NCBI RefSeq assembly: GCF_963506605.1
Contig: NC_083287.1
Location: 36,022,001-36,086,000, forward strand
Length of the DNA stretch: 64,000 bases
Source: Zootoca vivipara
Taxonomy: Eukaryota
Direction of reading: 5' to 3'
The notes under the pieces are model-generated. The model was not told the origin of the DNA. It saw nothing but the letters and a program-made list of their open reading frames with translations, and did no database searches. Below, piece after piece: positions 10,834-25,984 of the stretch (position 1 is its first letter; the number at the start of each line of letters is the position of its first letter). A program made the position numbers and the translations under genes.

Positions 10834-11875
10834 TTTTTTGTGTACATTCTGGGGTGAAATCTAGATACATACAAAAAAACACTGTGAAAATGTTTTTTTT
10901 TTAAAAAAGTTTTAAAATATATATTGAATTTGCCATTAGCTCACAATCATCATCTAGTGTCACATTTGTATAATGTACTTAAAACACACTCAAAATGTTA
11001 TATTTGCAGCTGTATAGCTGAGTCCCAAGTATAGGTTTTTGTACAAGTACCTATGTTTAGAGGATGCCTTAGAATCATGCATGTCAGAGTTTACATTTAT
11101 TCAATGGCCAATGACAGATACTCAAGTATACCCTAAGAAGGGTGGGGCAAGCTTTGTTTGCCTCCATGCTGCCTTACATGCATGTCCAGTTGGTGCATAT
11201 GCACATACAGTTATGTACATAAAGACTCAAATCACATATTTAATCTCTAGACTGTATATTGGAGGTCTTGGACCTCACGATTTGAGCCTGTGTACAAGGG
11301 TTTGTACATGAGTATTCCCCAATTAGACATAAGGGCCCTATGTGAATAGCTAGCGGTATTCAAAACAGTGAAGGAATATCAAGTAGGGAGTCTCTCAGTT
11401 CTCACCTCATGCAGGAGAATAATTTACAGAAGTATAATCGATGTAGTCCAATGAATCACATTATTCTGTGATTCAGTATGTGCAGAATTTGGCATGTGGT
11501 ACAGAATCTGCTGACTGTCATGGAATCTGCAGAATCTAAGCTATGGATTTGTAAAGCCACCGAGCATTGATGGCCCACAAGATCAGGACAATTTTGCAAG
11601 CCTTTTTCCTGAGCACACAGCAACAAACATTGAATTGAACCCCCACTACTTCTGCAGACTGAAGAATGTATCGAATACATTAGCTGAAGGGAAATAAGAA
11701 GTATTGCTAGGCAGGAAAGGATTGGGGGTTATAGCCAACTAAAGTTTACTCATTGGGTGAAATTCAACTATGTTTTATTCAATGTAAACCTACTGGAATT
11801 AATGTGATTAAGAAAGTCATGCCCACTTATTTCAGTTGGTCTACTCTGAGTAGTACTAACATTGGAATCAAGCCA

Positions 11876-12070
11876 TAGGAGGTTGCCTTGTGCCAAGTCA
11901 GATTTTTGTCCATCTAGTCTAGTACTGTTTTCTCTGACTGGGAGCTGATCTCCAGGGTCTCAAGCAGAGATCTTTTCTACCTCCTGCTACCTGATCCATT
12001 TATCTGGAAATACGAGGAATTCAGCCTTGGAACTTTTTACATACAAAGTATATGCTCTACCCCTGAGCCA
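11876..12070 (-). mobile_element. Old tRNA-derived SINE with CR1-like 3' part (Squam3-like)
   Basis: Degenerate tRNA-like head on the minus strand (tggctcaggggtagagcat...); related copies near 29826-30040 and 31481-31630. Confidence 0.55.
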
Positions 12071-12095
12071 AAAATATGGCAAATGTGTTCTGTAG

Positions 12096-12312
12096 ATAAT
12101 ACTTAAGTTTTAGCCACTGTTTTTTTCTTGCAAGAAAATGTAACTGTGTTTTTTTAAGGGGCAACAATGTGGGAAACCTCTGATTCCTCATCTCTTTATT
12201 GTCCACCTGGATTGTTGGCATGTAAGAATGGAGACTGTATTACTTCTGACAAGTTTTGTGATTTTTGTGAAGTTTCCTGATTGCCCAGATGGCAGTGACG
12301 AAGCCCTGTGCT
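12096..12312 (+). pseudogene. MALRD1: Decayed MALRD1 exon (MAM C-terminus plus LDLa repeat), expected phase 0-1
   Basis: ttctgtag|ATA ATA CTT (IIL), then in-frame TAG at 12111 and TAA at 12141. ATV...NVTV and CPPGLLACKNGDCITSDKFCDF lie in a shifted frame that ends in TGA at 12278. PDCPDGSDEALC|gtaagt is back in the original frame. The expected DDI motif is absent. Confidence 0.8.
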
Positions 12313-12767
12313 GTAAGTGAAAACACATTGATCTGTAATTCATGCTTAAAGATCTTTAAATGTGCATGTCAATAGCCTTATGGCTATTCCATTAGGAGGA
12401 TCAGTTAATTAAGACAAACCACACAGAAGGTGAAGCACTTTCACCCAGTGTCTTTATTGATGTCTTTGTGTACAGTTGTGGCTACTTCTCAGATTAAAAC
12501 CAAAATTGAAAATGACTTGTCAGAATAACAGAACCTCAGAAAGTGATATTTAGAGCTTCACTTTTCAAAGGAGGAATTCAGCTTTACTTTCAGCTTTGCT
12601 TTCTTAAAACAGTCTCCTCTCTCTTCTTAATACAGACACTCACAGTAGGGATCTATAGAGTTCTAACTGATTTGATAAGGATGATTCACACATGTCTGGC
12701 ATGTGGAAACAGGAGCAAAGCTGGAGCTAGTGAACACGCCTTTTCAAAGCTAAATAATACTCTAGAT

Positions 12768-12903
12768 GAGGCTTCCTCAACCTTGGCCCTCCAGATGTTT
12801 TTGGCCTACAGCTCCCATGATCCCTAGCTAGCAGGACCAGTGGTCAGGGATGATGGGAATTGTAGTCTCAAAACATCTGGAGGGCCGAGGTTGAGGAAGC
12901 TTG
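12768..12903. mobile_element. 136-bp hAT (Charlie-like) MITE
   Basis: Long TIRs; 8-bp TSD ctctagat / ctccagat. Confidence 0.85.
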
Positions 12904-13248
12904 CTCCAGATCATGCATGGGCTTTCTTTGATCCCTTGGCCCACCAATTTGTTTATAAGTGTACAAGTTGTGCAAACTCTGTTTTGTTCACAGAACCAGA
13001 TGCTCTTAGGTCTCCCTTCCCTGTGCAATCCCTTGCACTTCCCAATAACTGCCTTGGAAGGTTGAGGAACCTGCCAGAACAGCCTAGGAAGTGGTGTGGT
13101 GGTTGCAGGAGAGCATCAGAACAGCACTTTCTAATTAGGCACCTTCCAATTCACCTGCCCTTCCAACTGCATCTTGTCCTTCTGTATACACTGGTTGCTA
13201 ACCTGTAAGATAAATTGATGCAGACTGAAATAAATATCTATATTCCAG

Positions 13249-13401
13249 CTGCTAAATGTGACTTTGAAACAGACAGCTGTGGCTGGATGGAAACAGCCAG
13301 GGGTGATGCATTTGATTGGGTAAGGAGCTCCAGAAGCAGTCTACCCCCTGCTTTCCAGAAGCAAGCTCCAGCACAGGACCACACCTATAACCAACCTGCA
13401 G
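13249..13401 (+). CDS. MALRD1: MALRD1 exon, MAM start (AKCDFETDSCGW...DHTYNQPA), phase 1-1
   Basis: ttccag|CT acceptor, G|gtaagg donor, 153 bp. Confidence 0.93.
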
Positions 13402-13942
13402 GTAAGGTCTTACTCATGGCCAGCTTCAGGTGTGACTGGGATCTCAGCACAATATTCTTTGGTGGCTCCTATCCTATATCAGGGGGTTTCTCTGGGATGT
13501 TTTCCTGATGGTTATGGTGAGCAGCAGCATCTGCACTCCAATTATCAGGGGATGACTAAGTCTTGGAGCCACCACCATTTTAATTTCCCACAATACAGTA
13601 TTGGGGGCATTCTAGGGATGAAAATGGCGGTGACTCCTAGACCCAGCCACCTGGCACTTATTGGCAAACCAGGAAAAAAAAGCATTATTTTAAAAGTAAA
13701 TACAGGACATGTGGCTAAGGTTGCTACATAGTCATGCCAGGGATGATCTCAATTAATCTAAGTAGGAAAACCATCCATAGGTGCAATTTTATGCCAGAAA
13801 ACTTTTCAAGGGATATGTATGGCTTTTTTTCTTTATTATGTTTTTAGATATGTTGTAAGCCACCAAGAGTTGCTGTGAAAACGCAGTCAGATGGGCGGGA
13901 TATAAATAATAAAATTATTATTAATAATAATTATTATATGTA

Positions 13943-14443
<501 letters not shown>

Positions 14444-14570
14444 TGAAGTTTGATTTTTGTGTTTAGGGAAAGACACGGCTGCCTTTGAAATGAAAAAGAG
14501 GATAGTGTTTGTCATTGTATGTGCTTTGTTCTACAATATGTGCAATGCATTTTTAGTATTTGTTTTGAAA

Positions 14571-14912
14571 GTAAAAGGTGAAGGGAACCCTGACCATTAG
14601 GTCCAGTCGTGACCGACTCTGGGGTTGCGACGCTCATCTCACATTATTGGCTGAGGGAGCCGGCGTACAGCTTCCAGGTCATGTGGCCAGCATGTCAAAG
14701 CCGCTTCTGGCAAACCAGAGCAGCGCACAGAAACGCCGTTTACCTTCTCGCTGTAGCGATACTTATTTATCTACTTGCACTTTGACGTGCTTTTGAACTG
14801 CTAGGTTGGAGGAGCTGGGACCGAGCAAAGGGAGCTCACCCTGTCACGGGGATTCGAACCGCTGACCTTCTGATCGGCCAGCCCTAGGCTCCATTGTTTA
14901 ACCCACAGCGCT
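14571..14912 (-). mobile_element. Sauria SINE
   Basis: Homologous to 1940-2293; boundaries approximate. Confidence 0.9.
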
Positions 14913-16191
14913 GTAGACTTGGTTAAATTCACTACCCAAGAAAAACATTAAACCCTTTGAACACATTTAGAGCTTCTACGTCTGACTATTTGGTATATTC
15001 TGATTATGGCCCATTTATACTAGTGTAACTCCTGGTTTATTACAATGATTCTATTACATTGATATAGCGCCAAGTCTTGCACCACTGCTCTGACATAATC
15101 ATTGATTTCAAACTATTCAAAGTATTTCATGTGGTAGTGTACTAAATTCTAGGCTGGATCTACACTGAACTGTTTAACGTTATTAGAACAATATTAGATA
15201 TATTGTTCTAAAATGTTACAGGACATACTTTTAAAGTAAAGCTTTTCTTACCTCTATCAAAACACTGTCTCCCTACTACTAGTTGCTGGTTGCTCTGTAG
15301 CACCCTCTGGTGTCACATTTTAATAAGGCATTATGAATGTTAAAAGTAGAACGTCATGTGGCCATAAGGTTATCAAAACCATTCATTAACCCTTAACATT
15401 AAAAATCATGAGTGTAGATCCGCCCCTAGACTCAATTGAATTAAAATCATTTAATTAATATTTTGTGCTATTTAAACAACAGCATCTCTATTATTTTGTG
15501 AATTCTAATTTTATTTTGGACTTCAGTCAGAAACCATTTCCTATTTCTTTCCGACTGGATTGTTTAAAGTTATTGGGACTAATTTTTCTGTTTTGTTCTT
15601 TCTGGCTTCAGCCTTCCAGCAGTCCTTCTTAAAGGAAATAGAAAGAGGATCATACCAGGGTGATTAACAATTAAACACGAACTCACTGACAGTTTTCTAG
15701 TTTTTGTATCCTTGAAAATGCCTTAGCCATTTCTGTCTCTGTGAGCCCATGACATTTTAAATTCCCTCCAAATATCCAAAGTTCTCTCAAATTCAAAGTG
15801 TTTAAATGATTAAAAATCTGAAGCCTGATTAAGAGGAGATAAGCCAGTGTTCCTGATCTTACGCACTTTAAATAGCACCAATTGGTTAGACTCATTTCAG
15901 CTATAATTCTGCTTAGTATTAATGAATTATACAGATACTGCATTTGTTTTTTGTAGGTAAATCTCTTTATATGCAATATTAGTATTAGAAGGGTCAAAAA
16001 AGGCCAACAATAATTGTAAGGAAAGACAGTCTATCCTCTGTGTGCTTCTCACATGATTAATCTGCGTCAATTCAAGTAACAACTTGGTGCCTCAAGCAAA
16101 GCATAGGCACACTACAAAAAAAATGTGTTTGAGAGCAAATTTGGTCTCACTGTGTGTATTTGTTCAGTGTGTTGATGGTGTTCATCCCTAA

Positions 16192-16698
<507 letters not shown>

Positions 16699-17199
16699 TG
16701 AGTACTTAGAAGAGGGAAGGATTGTACCCATAAAGAAACCAAGGTCTGTGGAAACTGAATTTTAGAAAATGCAGTCCTTTGCTCACTTTGGATTAAGATT
16801 TGCTGATTTCCTACAAACTTTTAAATGGTGCCTCATTCTTAGCATAGTGCTAAGAATAAGTAGGAAATCAGTTGAATCTTCTGCATGAGAAGCATAACAA
16901 TTTAACACAGCCCATTAGTTTACACTAACTAAAGGAAGTTAGTTTTCATTCGTCATTAAAAGTGTCCAAAAATAGATATATATGACAGTATTGCTTGAGC
17001 AAAAGTGGCCTCACCAAATTTGCTGCCTGCATTCACAGGTGGCTACTTCTGGGAGATGGGATCTATACAAGGTCAAGAGTGGGAGTGGGGGGGGGGCTTA
17101 CTGTTAGCAAGGGTGACAGCAGCCCTTTTCAAAACAACAAAGGTCTGTTTTTGAAGCTCTGCTGTCATGGATGCGAGTAGAGCTCCTCTCAGCAGCTGA

Positions 17200-17775
<576 letters not shown>

Positions 17776-19116
17776 TGAAACGTTTATGAAGATTTTTCCT
17801 TTCCTTTCCTTTCCAAATGAAATGGAAGTCTGACTGTTAGATCACATTTCTTTTGAACCAATTTCTTATCAAACATTAACTCGGCTTATCTTTTGCGGTT
17901 ATTTAGAAGCAAAATATATTGTAAAGCGATCACTAACCTTTAGGGGCCAGAGGGCACATTTTGAATTCTGTGGAAGTGTTGTGGGCACCAGTCACAAAAT
18001 GGCTGTGTGTGGGTGTAGCATAGCACAAAATGGCTGCCACATCTAAAAGATCATAAAATGAGGGAAGGCCACAATATGGTGTGGAATGGGCTGCAGTGGA
18101 AGGTGGAGGTGGAAAACTTCTGTTTCATAAATGTGAACTCATTCCATCCATGGAAGGGAATTTTGGATCTGGGCCATTCAGTCTTTGCTTTTCTCTTCGG
18201 TGGAAAATCAATTCCTGATGCAAAATTCATTCACAGAGTACAGTGCTACTCTATACGTTTATTTTTCATACAGTTGTTTGAGTTTCCGCTGTTGTTTCAG
18301 ACTAATCAAATATATTAAACATAAATGGCTAGCAGTGAAAAAATGGTATACATAAAAGTCTTTTGTATGCCTTTAATAATACGGTAGCTATAGAAATCTA
18401 AAGGCCTCTGTAATCAGGTACCCATAATCTTAGTTTGGGGCATCAAGTAGTTTGCTTGTTTATCACCTAACATTTGCTCCTAAACTGTGCTAGATTTTAT
18501 CCATTCTGTGTGGTTGGAAACTATGTTAATTGCCCCCATGTGGTGCTGCCAAATTATAAGAAACCACTAAAAATGCATTTGATCTCTTATTATTCCATAA
18601 TAACTGCTGCAGGTCTTTATTAACGACTCTTACAAAGTTCTGTTCATACGTAGCTACATCGTATAAGTTGATTACCCCTGCTGCTTTCTGTAATTTTCAT
18701 TATCCACATATCCTAGACTGAATTTGCTAAAATGCTGAGAATGGGAATTTAGTGTGCAATTTTGCATGAAAAACTGCAACAATGATTTACATAACATTAG
18801 AGAGGGAAGAATTATTCAGTACTTGAAAGAGCAACCTATTTAAATAACCAAATATTTATTCATACACTCTCAAATTTTAGATTCCTCTTGATGTCCCGCA
18901 GATACAGTTTTTTGTTAGTCACATTGCTATCCATAGGCAAATTACCAAAGTCTGAGCTGGAAGAAACTTGAAGTTTGCACTAGTCCCTTTGCTGTCAGAC
19001 TGCATTACTTTCATGTTGTTGAAGTCTAACATGCAATTCACAACATGCTATACATTTCTACTCAGACATAATTCAGCTGAGGTCTAAGGGACTTATTCTT
19101 GGGGAAGTGGTTAGAC

Positions 19117-19252
19117 CAGGCATCCCCAAACTGCGGCCCTCCAGATGTTTTGTCCTACAACTCTCATGATCCCTAGCTAACAGGACCAGTGGTCAGGGAT
19201 GATGGGAATTGTAGTCCAAAACATCTGGAGGGCCGAAGTTTGGGGATGCCTG
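19117..19252. mobile_element. 136-bp hAT (Charlie-like) MITE
   Basis: TIRs caggcatccccaaact / agtttggggatgcctg; TSD ggttagac / ggttagag. Confidence 0.88.
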
Positions 19253-20459
19253 GGTTAGAGTATTGCAGTCTCAGAAACAGGAAAGTTGTCTGCATCAAAG
19301 AAGCCATGTACAGTTGAACAGAAATCCAGAATACAAAATGGAAGAGATACAGCTCAGTTTTATTTGACAGTACAACTAGAAGTACATTGTTCATGTGGTC
19401 CCGGAACAATAAATTTGCCCATACTGTAAGTCTGTAGTACAATAAAAACTGTCCATGGGTCTCCAATCACAATGGGATAATTAGCAAACAACAGTGGCTC
19501 ACAGCAAGCTCTTGACACTTTTAGTACAGAGGGATAGCCAGTCCCTCTGATCTTCAGGTGTAAGCAAGACTTAACTTTTTTCTGAATTGTCCAGGGCAAG
19601 GCTTCACCAAAGGAACATTTGGTGTTGCTGAATAGGTTTTGCCATACAGTCTACATTAACAGTGCTTGCGAGGAAGTGAACTCCCTTACAGTCAGATCCT
19701 TGTCTACCAGATGCCCATCTTCTATGAAATCCTAGGCCTTCACATCTATTTCTGAAGAAACTTTCATTTCACAATACTTTTGACTTGTGAACCTGTGGAA
19801 AGGGTTCATTGTACATCACTTAGTTTTTTAGGAACATAAAAAAATGGGTTCACAAAAAAGCATTTAGTCACTACTGTACTGAAAAGATGGGGCAGGGAAA
19901 ACAGAAGAGGAGGAAGTAATAAGTTTCTAATTAGTTCCAATACAAAGACTTTTTGATTCAACTCCCACTGCGTTAAAATGAAAAATAGACCCAATTTTTG
20001 GCATTAGCAACAACGTGATGAAAAATGACATTGACTCGAAAGTCAATTTTCTTAATTTTGAAACACTGGATTAAAATTAATTGCTTTGCATTTATCATAT
20101 TTGCTTATATCTTATCTCATTTTTCATCTCACGGTTTCTTCTGTGTTGTTTAAAGGAATGAAGGCCTATCTCTGTTTGAAAAGTTTTCCGTGCCTTGGCT
20201 ACTTAGTTCAGTTTAATGATTTATTACCAGTTTAGCATTTGTTTCTCAAAATAGTTTTAGCTATAGGATGCCTTATATGATTAATCATATATAGCTGATT
20301 CGTTAAACTTTGGGGAGGAAAATGAGTGTGTTATAGACAAAGATATTTTATTTTGTTTTTCCTCTTACACAGTTCTGTAGAAAAAATTAACCAAGAAAAC
20401 TTGGTTTACATTTTGCTGTAAACACATAGATCTGGAAAAGACTGAATTGCCCAATTGTA

Positions 20460-20821
20460 CAGGTGAAATTCGGAAAATTGGAATATCGTCGAAAAGTGCA
20501 TTTATTTCAGTAATGCAACTTTTTATTTTTTATTTTAATTTTAATTTTTACAAATGCTTTCTTTTGAAAATTCCACAGTAATAAAGCAAATAGTTACAAT
20601 AATACAAAAAATAAACATCACTATTACATTCCAGTAAAATTACATTCCATTTATAATTGACCCGCCTAATGACAAATAATTACAATTACAACAAATAAAG
20701 GCTTGACATACCTTGCTTTGCATGTCATGCATCTATCTCATATATTGGTTTCACCTTTGAAGTTGCATTACTGAAATAAATTCACTTTTTGACGATATTC
20801 TAATTTTCTGAGTTTCACCTG
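20460..20821. mobile_element. Tc1/mariner-type MITE
   Basis: About 60-bp TIRs starting CAGGTGAAA; TA on both sides; second copy at 45907-46265 in the opposite orientation. Confidence 0.88.
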
Positions 20822-23059
20822 TATAACACATTCAGCCACAACAGGATGCACCATGGTGACAGCATAGAGAATAGGCAGAGATGGGGCGAGGATAGGACAG
20901 GAACAAGAGTGGGATGACTTGCATGGCATCTTTCCACCACCAGATCAGCTTGGTCTGTGTTCCATATGCACAACAACTAAATTGCAACAAAGAGGGGAAG
21001 AGATATTGCGACCCATTTGCAGACAGAGGCACTTAGGGGAGTGATGTGTCCTACTTTACAGAGGGCAGACCTCTGTTTGAAGGACTGTGTAACCCAAGTC
21101 CTGTTTACAGATAGGAAGTGACAGCAGGAGCCTTGAAGTTATCCACCAACCGTTGATACCTGGAGGCACAAAGTTCACCTAGTTTCAGTCTTCCAAATGC
21201 TGTTAAAATGGATTATATTTCTATGTAAATTATAGTAATTATTTCTTGATTTGCTTCTCTACAAATAAATTAGCATATGCAGATATGACACAAAACTATG
21301 TCTTCTTTTTTTGCTTTTTTGTGATGCATTGCCTTTTTTAAAAGTGATGCATCAGTGGCCACTCTAGAGGCAAAGGGACATGGGCTTTCCCTCTGCAGTC
21401 CTTTAAAGTGGCTTAGAACTCCAGCATCTGGGAGAAATTGGGGTCTGAATTAATTAACACAATTTCCCCCTTCCTTTTAGGCCTCAGGCTGACAAGACAG
21501 AAGCTGTTAGCACATGCTGCCTGTTAGTCTACGGTATCTTGCAACATCAAGACCCACACTTGTGCATTATTTCATGCTTCCAATATTCTGTGCCCAAACA
21601 AACAATCTATTCTGCTTTTGAAAATAGAATAGAAATAGAAGATGGCACACACACACACACCCAAATTAAAACAATAAGAAATGTAAACATATATATATAT
21701 ATATATATTAAAATACCATAAAACCACAGAATAAAACGAGCAGTAAAAAAAGTAAAAGAAAAATCCAGCAGCTATAAAATACAAAGTTAACATCACAAAA
21801 TCTCAGAACGTAGATTAAATAACTATACATTCTGAAGAACCACAGAAGTTATGGAGGAATTAGGAAGAACGGGTCATACTACTTTTGGAAGGAATTGCCT
21901 TCATGGTGCCTTCATATCTGCCAAGAGACATATTAACCTATTAATTTCCATAGCATCAGCTTTGTCCTTGCTGCGGCAGTTATAGATAATAGAAAGTTCA
22001 ATTTGTTCTAAAAATAATCAGCATTTCTCTTTAATATACGGTAAGTTAAATATAATGTATAATTCTCATTTACAGAGAATTATTTCTCATGTATGGTAAT
22101 ATTTGACCAACTACATACGAGCCTTGCATAAGTTTCATTCAAGCTGGATCTGCAAAGTTCTTAGAGCTAAAAGAAACTGGGAACTATTTATCCTCATTCA
22201 GATAATAAATGAGATGTGAAATTAGCTTCATGGTAAATGAGTTCCCTGGAGGATGGTATATATAATGGAATCTGAGGTTTGCACATACTCAGTTGGCAGA
22301 TGCTTTTTAAAATGGCTTGCCTTTTGGAACCGAATTTTGACAAATCTTTCTTCACTACAAAAAAAAAGTAGATAAGAAACCGATCCTATTTGCACCTTTA
22401 CATTGGTAACTATGGCAGAACATTTAATTTTTCTTTGGAGTTTTGTGAAAACCTCTTTGCCATGTATCACGAAGAGCAGAAATCAAGATTGCTTAGGCCA
22501 ACTTGTAAGAATTATCTTGGATATATCTAAGGGTCAGTTAACATGTTGTGCTATATTTTTACGTATTTGATTACAGGTGTGGTGGGTCTTTGTCCCTCCC
22601 TAAGCCTCAGGGGTGGGTGTGGGTGTGATTGGGATCACAGCTGGGAAGGAAAAGGTTAATCATCCCATTGCTTCGTACTGCAGTCCCAGTTAAAATCAGC
22701 CACCCCAGCACCAGTAAGTAAATATGGAAAAGAAAAGCACATAGTAATTTGCTATGCACTTAAAGTAACTTCTTGTTTGGACCTAAGAGCTGCCAGTTTG
22801 GAAACAGCAGAAACCGAACTATCGGGATTTTCTCAATTAATGACAATTAGTTTGAAGTCTGTGAATGCAGTTGAGTATAAGGATGAAAAATGGGCAAGAT
22901 GATATGGCAACTAGGTCAGATCCGGAATGTCAGGTCCAGAATGAATAGTAAGTAGTTCTAATTTTAAAAATAACACCCAGAAAAAAAACAGTTACTATTG
23001 GTTGGTGGTACTGATGGGTCTGGAAGAAGTATTCAACCTGTTCTAAAACTGCTTTTTTG

Positions 23060-23200
23060 TTAGGGGGTAGGTACTCTTGATTTTGCCTTAGTTACAAATG
23101 TGCAGGTGACAGTGGTAGCCAGGAATGTCTTTTGCCACCTCCATTTGGTTTGCCAACTGTACCCTTTCCTGAATGAAGACCTAGCTCCAACAGTTCATGC
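23060..23200 (+). mobile_element. Degenerate L2-like LINE fragment
   Basis: Translates to QVTVVARNVFCHLHLVCQLYPFL, resembling the L2 RT C-terminal region; boundaries approximate. Confidence 0.5.
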
Positions 23201-25876
23201 TACTGCCTCCTCCTCTATTTAATAAGAGACACAAATCTCTGTACACAGTACTGAACTTAAAACATAGCTAGGACAGATGCAGGATAGATATGGCTTGTGT
23301 ACACATGATGTGTACACTGCTTCCATGACCAGCCTGAAAGAATGTGTTCTACTTTATACTCAATATCCCATTACCCAAAGCAAGGCTATTATGAATCCAT
23401 AACATATTAAATAAAGGAAAACCCCAAATTGAATATTCAGGCTAATTTTGGAAATAATGTAGCATTGTACACAAATAATTTTGACTATATGTTTATTGTA
23501 ATGCAGTCTTGGTATTTTTCTTCCTTTGACAGTCTCTTAGGATGAATTCCTTTTACGTTATTATTCTCCCACACCCACACTTCTATTGGCAAATTTATTT
23601 TATCTGCACTGAATTGTAGCTAACTGGAGTTTGCCTGCCTGTCAAAGGAAAGCTCCTGGCATGTAAAAACAGTCACCCATCTTTTTTATATCTTGCAAGA
23701 ATTCTTCCTATTTGTTATTCATTGCTAGTTTTCCGAAAGTGAAAATATTTACAAGAACTAATTAGCTGTAGGAGAAAGGATGTAGCAATACATTATGTCT
23801 AAACATACATTCCCACATTTGACCTGAATCTGTTTACCACAGCCCCCATCCTTCATTCCCTCACCTAAATGCCAATGAAACAGAACTGAAAAGAACATCA
23901 TCTTATGTAAATGTCTGATGAGGAACATTTGTTTTTGAAAATATCAGTTGCATTACAATTTAAGTTGCACTTTTCCAGCTTATTTTTTTTCCCTGTCACT
24001 CTTTAGTTTTGAAAAATATGGATGTATTGTCTAAATTATCACCTGTAGCTTATGGCGCATGGAAATATAATATTGAAACTAAGATGTATCTTTCTGTTTA
24101 TCCAGACTGTGGGATTCATGTGTCTGCTTTTTATGATTGACGAGAGCATTATTGTAGGGCATGTGCATGCAAGGGTTTCTTTCATAGGCGTTCAATCATT
24201 TCCCCAAACCACATGACATCTGAATGTGCAGTTTTGATCTACTGCCTGTATTGCACAGCTGATGTTGAAAACTATGCTATCTACATGGATGGTACTACCC
24301 AGACTGGGAAAGGATATCTGCTGGTGTGCAATCTGTCAGTGTACTTTTCCAAAACAGGAAATTTATAAAATTTAAAGAGATGGGAGATCCAGTCCTGATT
24401 TTAATGTCATCTCATCCAGTTAGGCCTTGATATTGAAACTTGTTAAGGTGTGTAGGAAGGAAGAAACTGGTTCATACTCTTATGTAAAGCAAGAAAGGAG
24501 CTCACAGACACGTGAATCCTTATTTGGGAATCCTTATTGGGAATCCTTATTTGACCGTGTTCTCACTATTCTACCCTGGTTAGTTCTCTCCAGGTTGAAG
24601 GGCACTTGGCATAAATCCTTCATTTAAACTGTTTCCAATAATAGATTTTGGAATCAGACCAGATAATCAGGCTCTCCATCTTTTGTGCTGATAAAGAATG
24701 CCCAAATGCATTTAACAGTGTCCAAGACTAAGACAGAATATGAGCTCTCCAATCTAAAATACTGTGGACAAGATCTAAAAGATCTCATGAGAAAAAAGTG
24801 TCCCTCTGTCATTTGTATTCCTTCCCAGTGACAGTGCCTGGCATCTCATATGGCATGCCACTCTAGAAGCTTCTCCAGACTTCAGGGGCAGCTTAATTGT
24901 CTCTCTGTCAAGGCAAGTCCTTTAAACTCTGGACATAATGAAATATAACTGGGGGTATTTAACTAAATAAAAGCACTGGCAGAAGGATTACTGCCAGTAC
25001 AATGGGGCTTTATGTCTTGTCCCCCACATGCCCCACACTGTCCTCAAATATTCTCCATAGGGTGAGGGGAAACCCCAAAACAGATTTATGGGGTGCATGG
25101 GGTGAGGAGATGGAGAGAATGTTACATTGCACAAGTAGAACTCTTGTGCTGACCAAACCAGCAATTTAGTGTTATGTTGAGTCCAACCCATTGTATTTGA
25201 ACTGGAGTTTAATTTAGGTTGCACCACTTTATTTAGCATAAGATAAAAACCGTAATACCACGGATATTGATTATAGTCAGATATCTCTTAGATCTCTTAG
25301 ATCTTCTTTAGTCATTTGGGAGCTCCTTCACTCTGACTGGGGTGACATCTAAAGGGAACCTCCATATAGAAAGTTTGTTCTCTAATACCATTTCTTGAAA
25401 CATTATTTCTTTACTGTTCGTTGAATAATATAATCGCATCTTCATTTTGGTTCATTTTAATGGTATTCCCCTAATATTATGCTTCAGACACATGATCACT
25501 GAAATCATTAACCATGATTAATTATGTAATGATTACTACTGAATGTACTAACAATGATGAGGCTCTAACTATAGAATCTTGCCATAATTCTATATTACAG
25601 TGATATTTTAATGGGCTTACACATGGCTGTGTAGCCAACCACACTAATGCTTTAAGTGTTCCTTGTGATTAAAAGGAGCACCAGGGAGAGTTAATCATGA
25701 TTAGTTTCTCTCATAAACACAGTTTATCCTCAAGAAAGGCTATAAGCACTTCATAAAAAGTCAAAATTGTACCCTTTTGAGGGGAGGGGTATAAATGGAT
25801 ATTAACCATGTAATTAGAAGTGGAAATCCTCTCAGTGGTGGTGACAGATGGCTTTTTAATTATTGCTTTTTCTTAG

Positions 25877-25984
<108 letters not shown>

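Noticed and set aside
24514-24553. Three tandem gaatccttatt(t)g(g) units as a CRISPR-like array
   Set aside because: A short slippage duplication with no spacers, in a eukaryotic intron.
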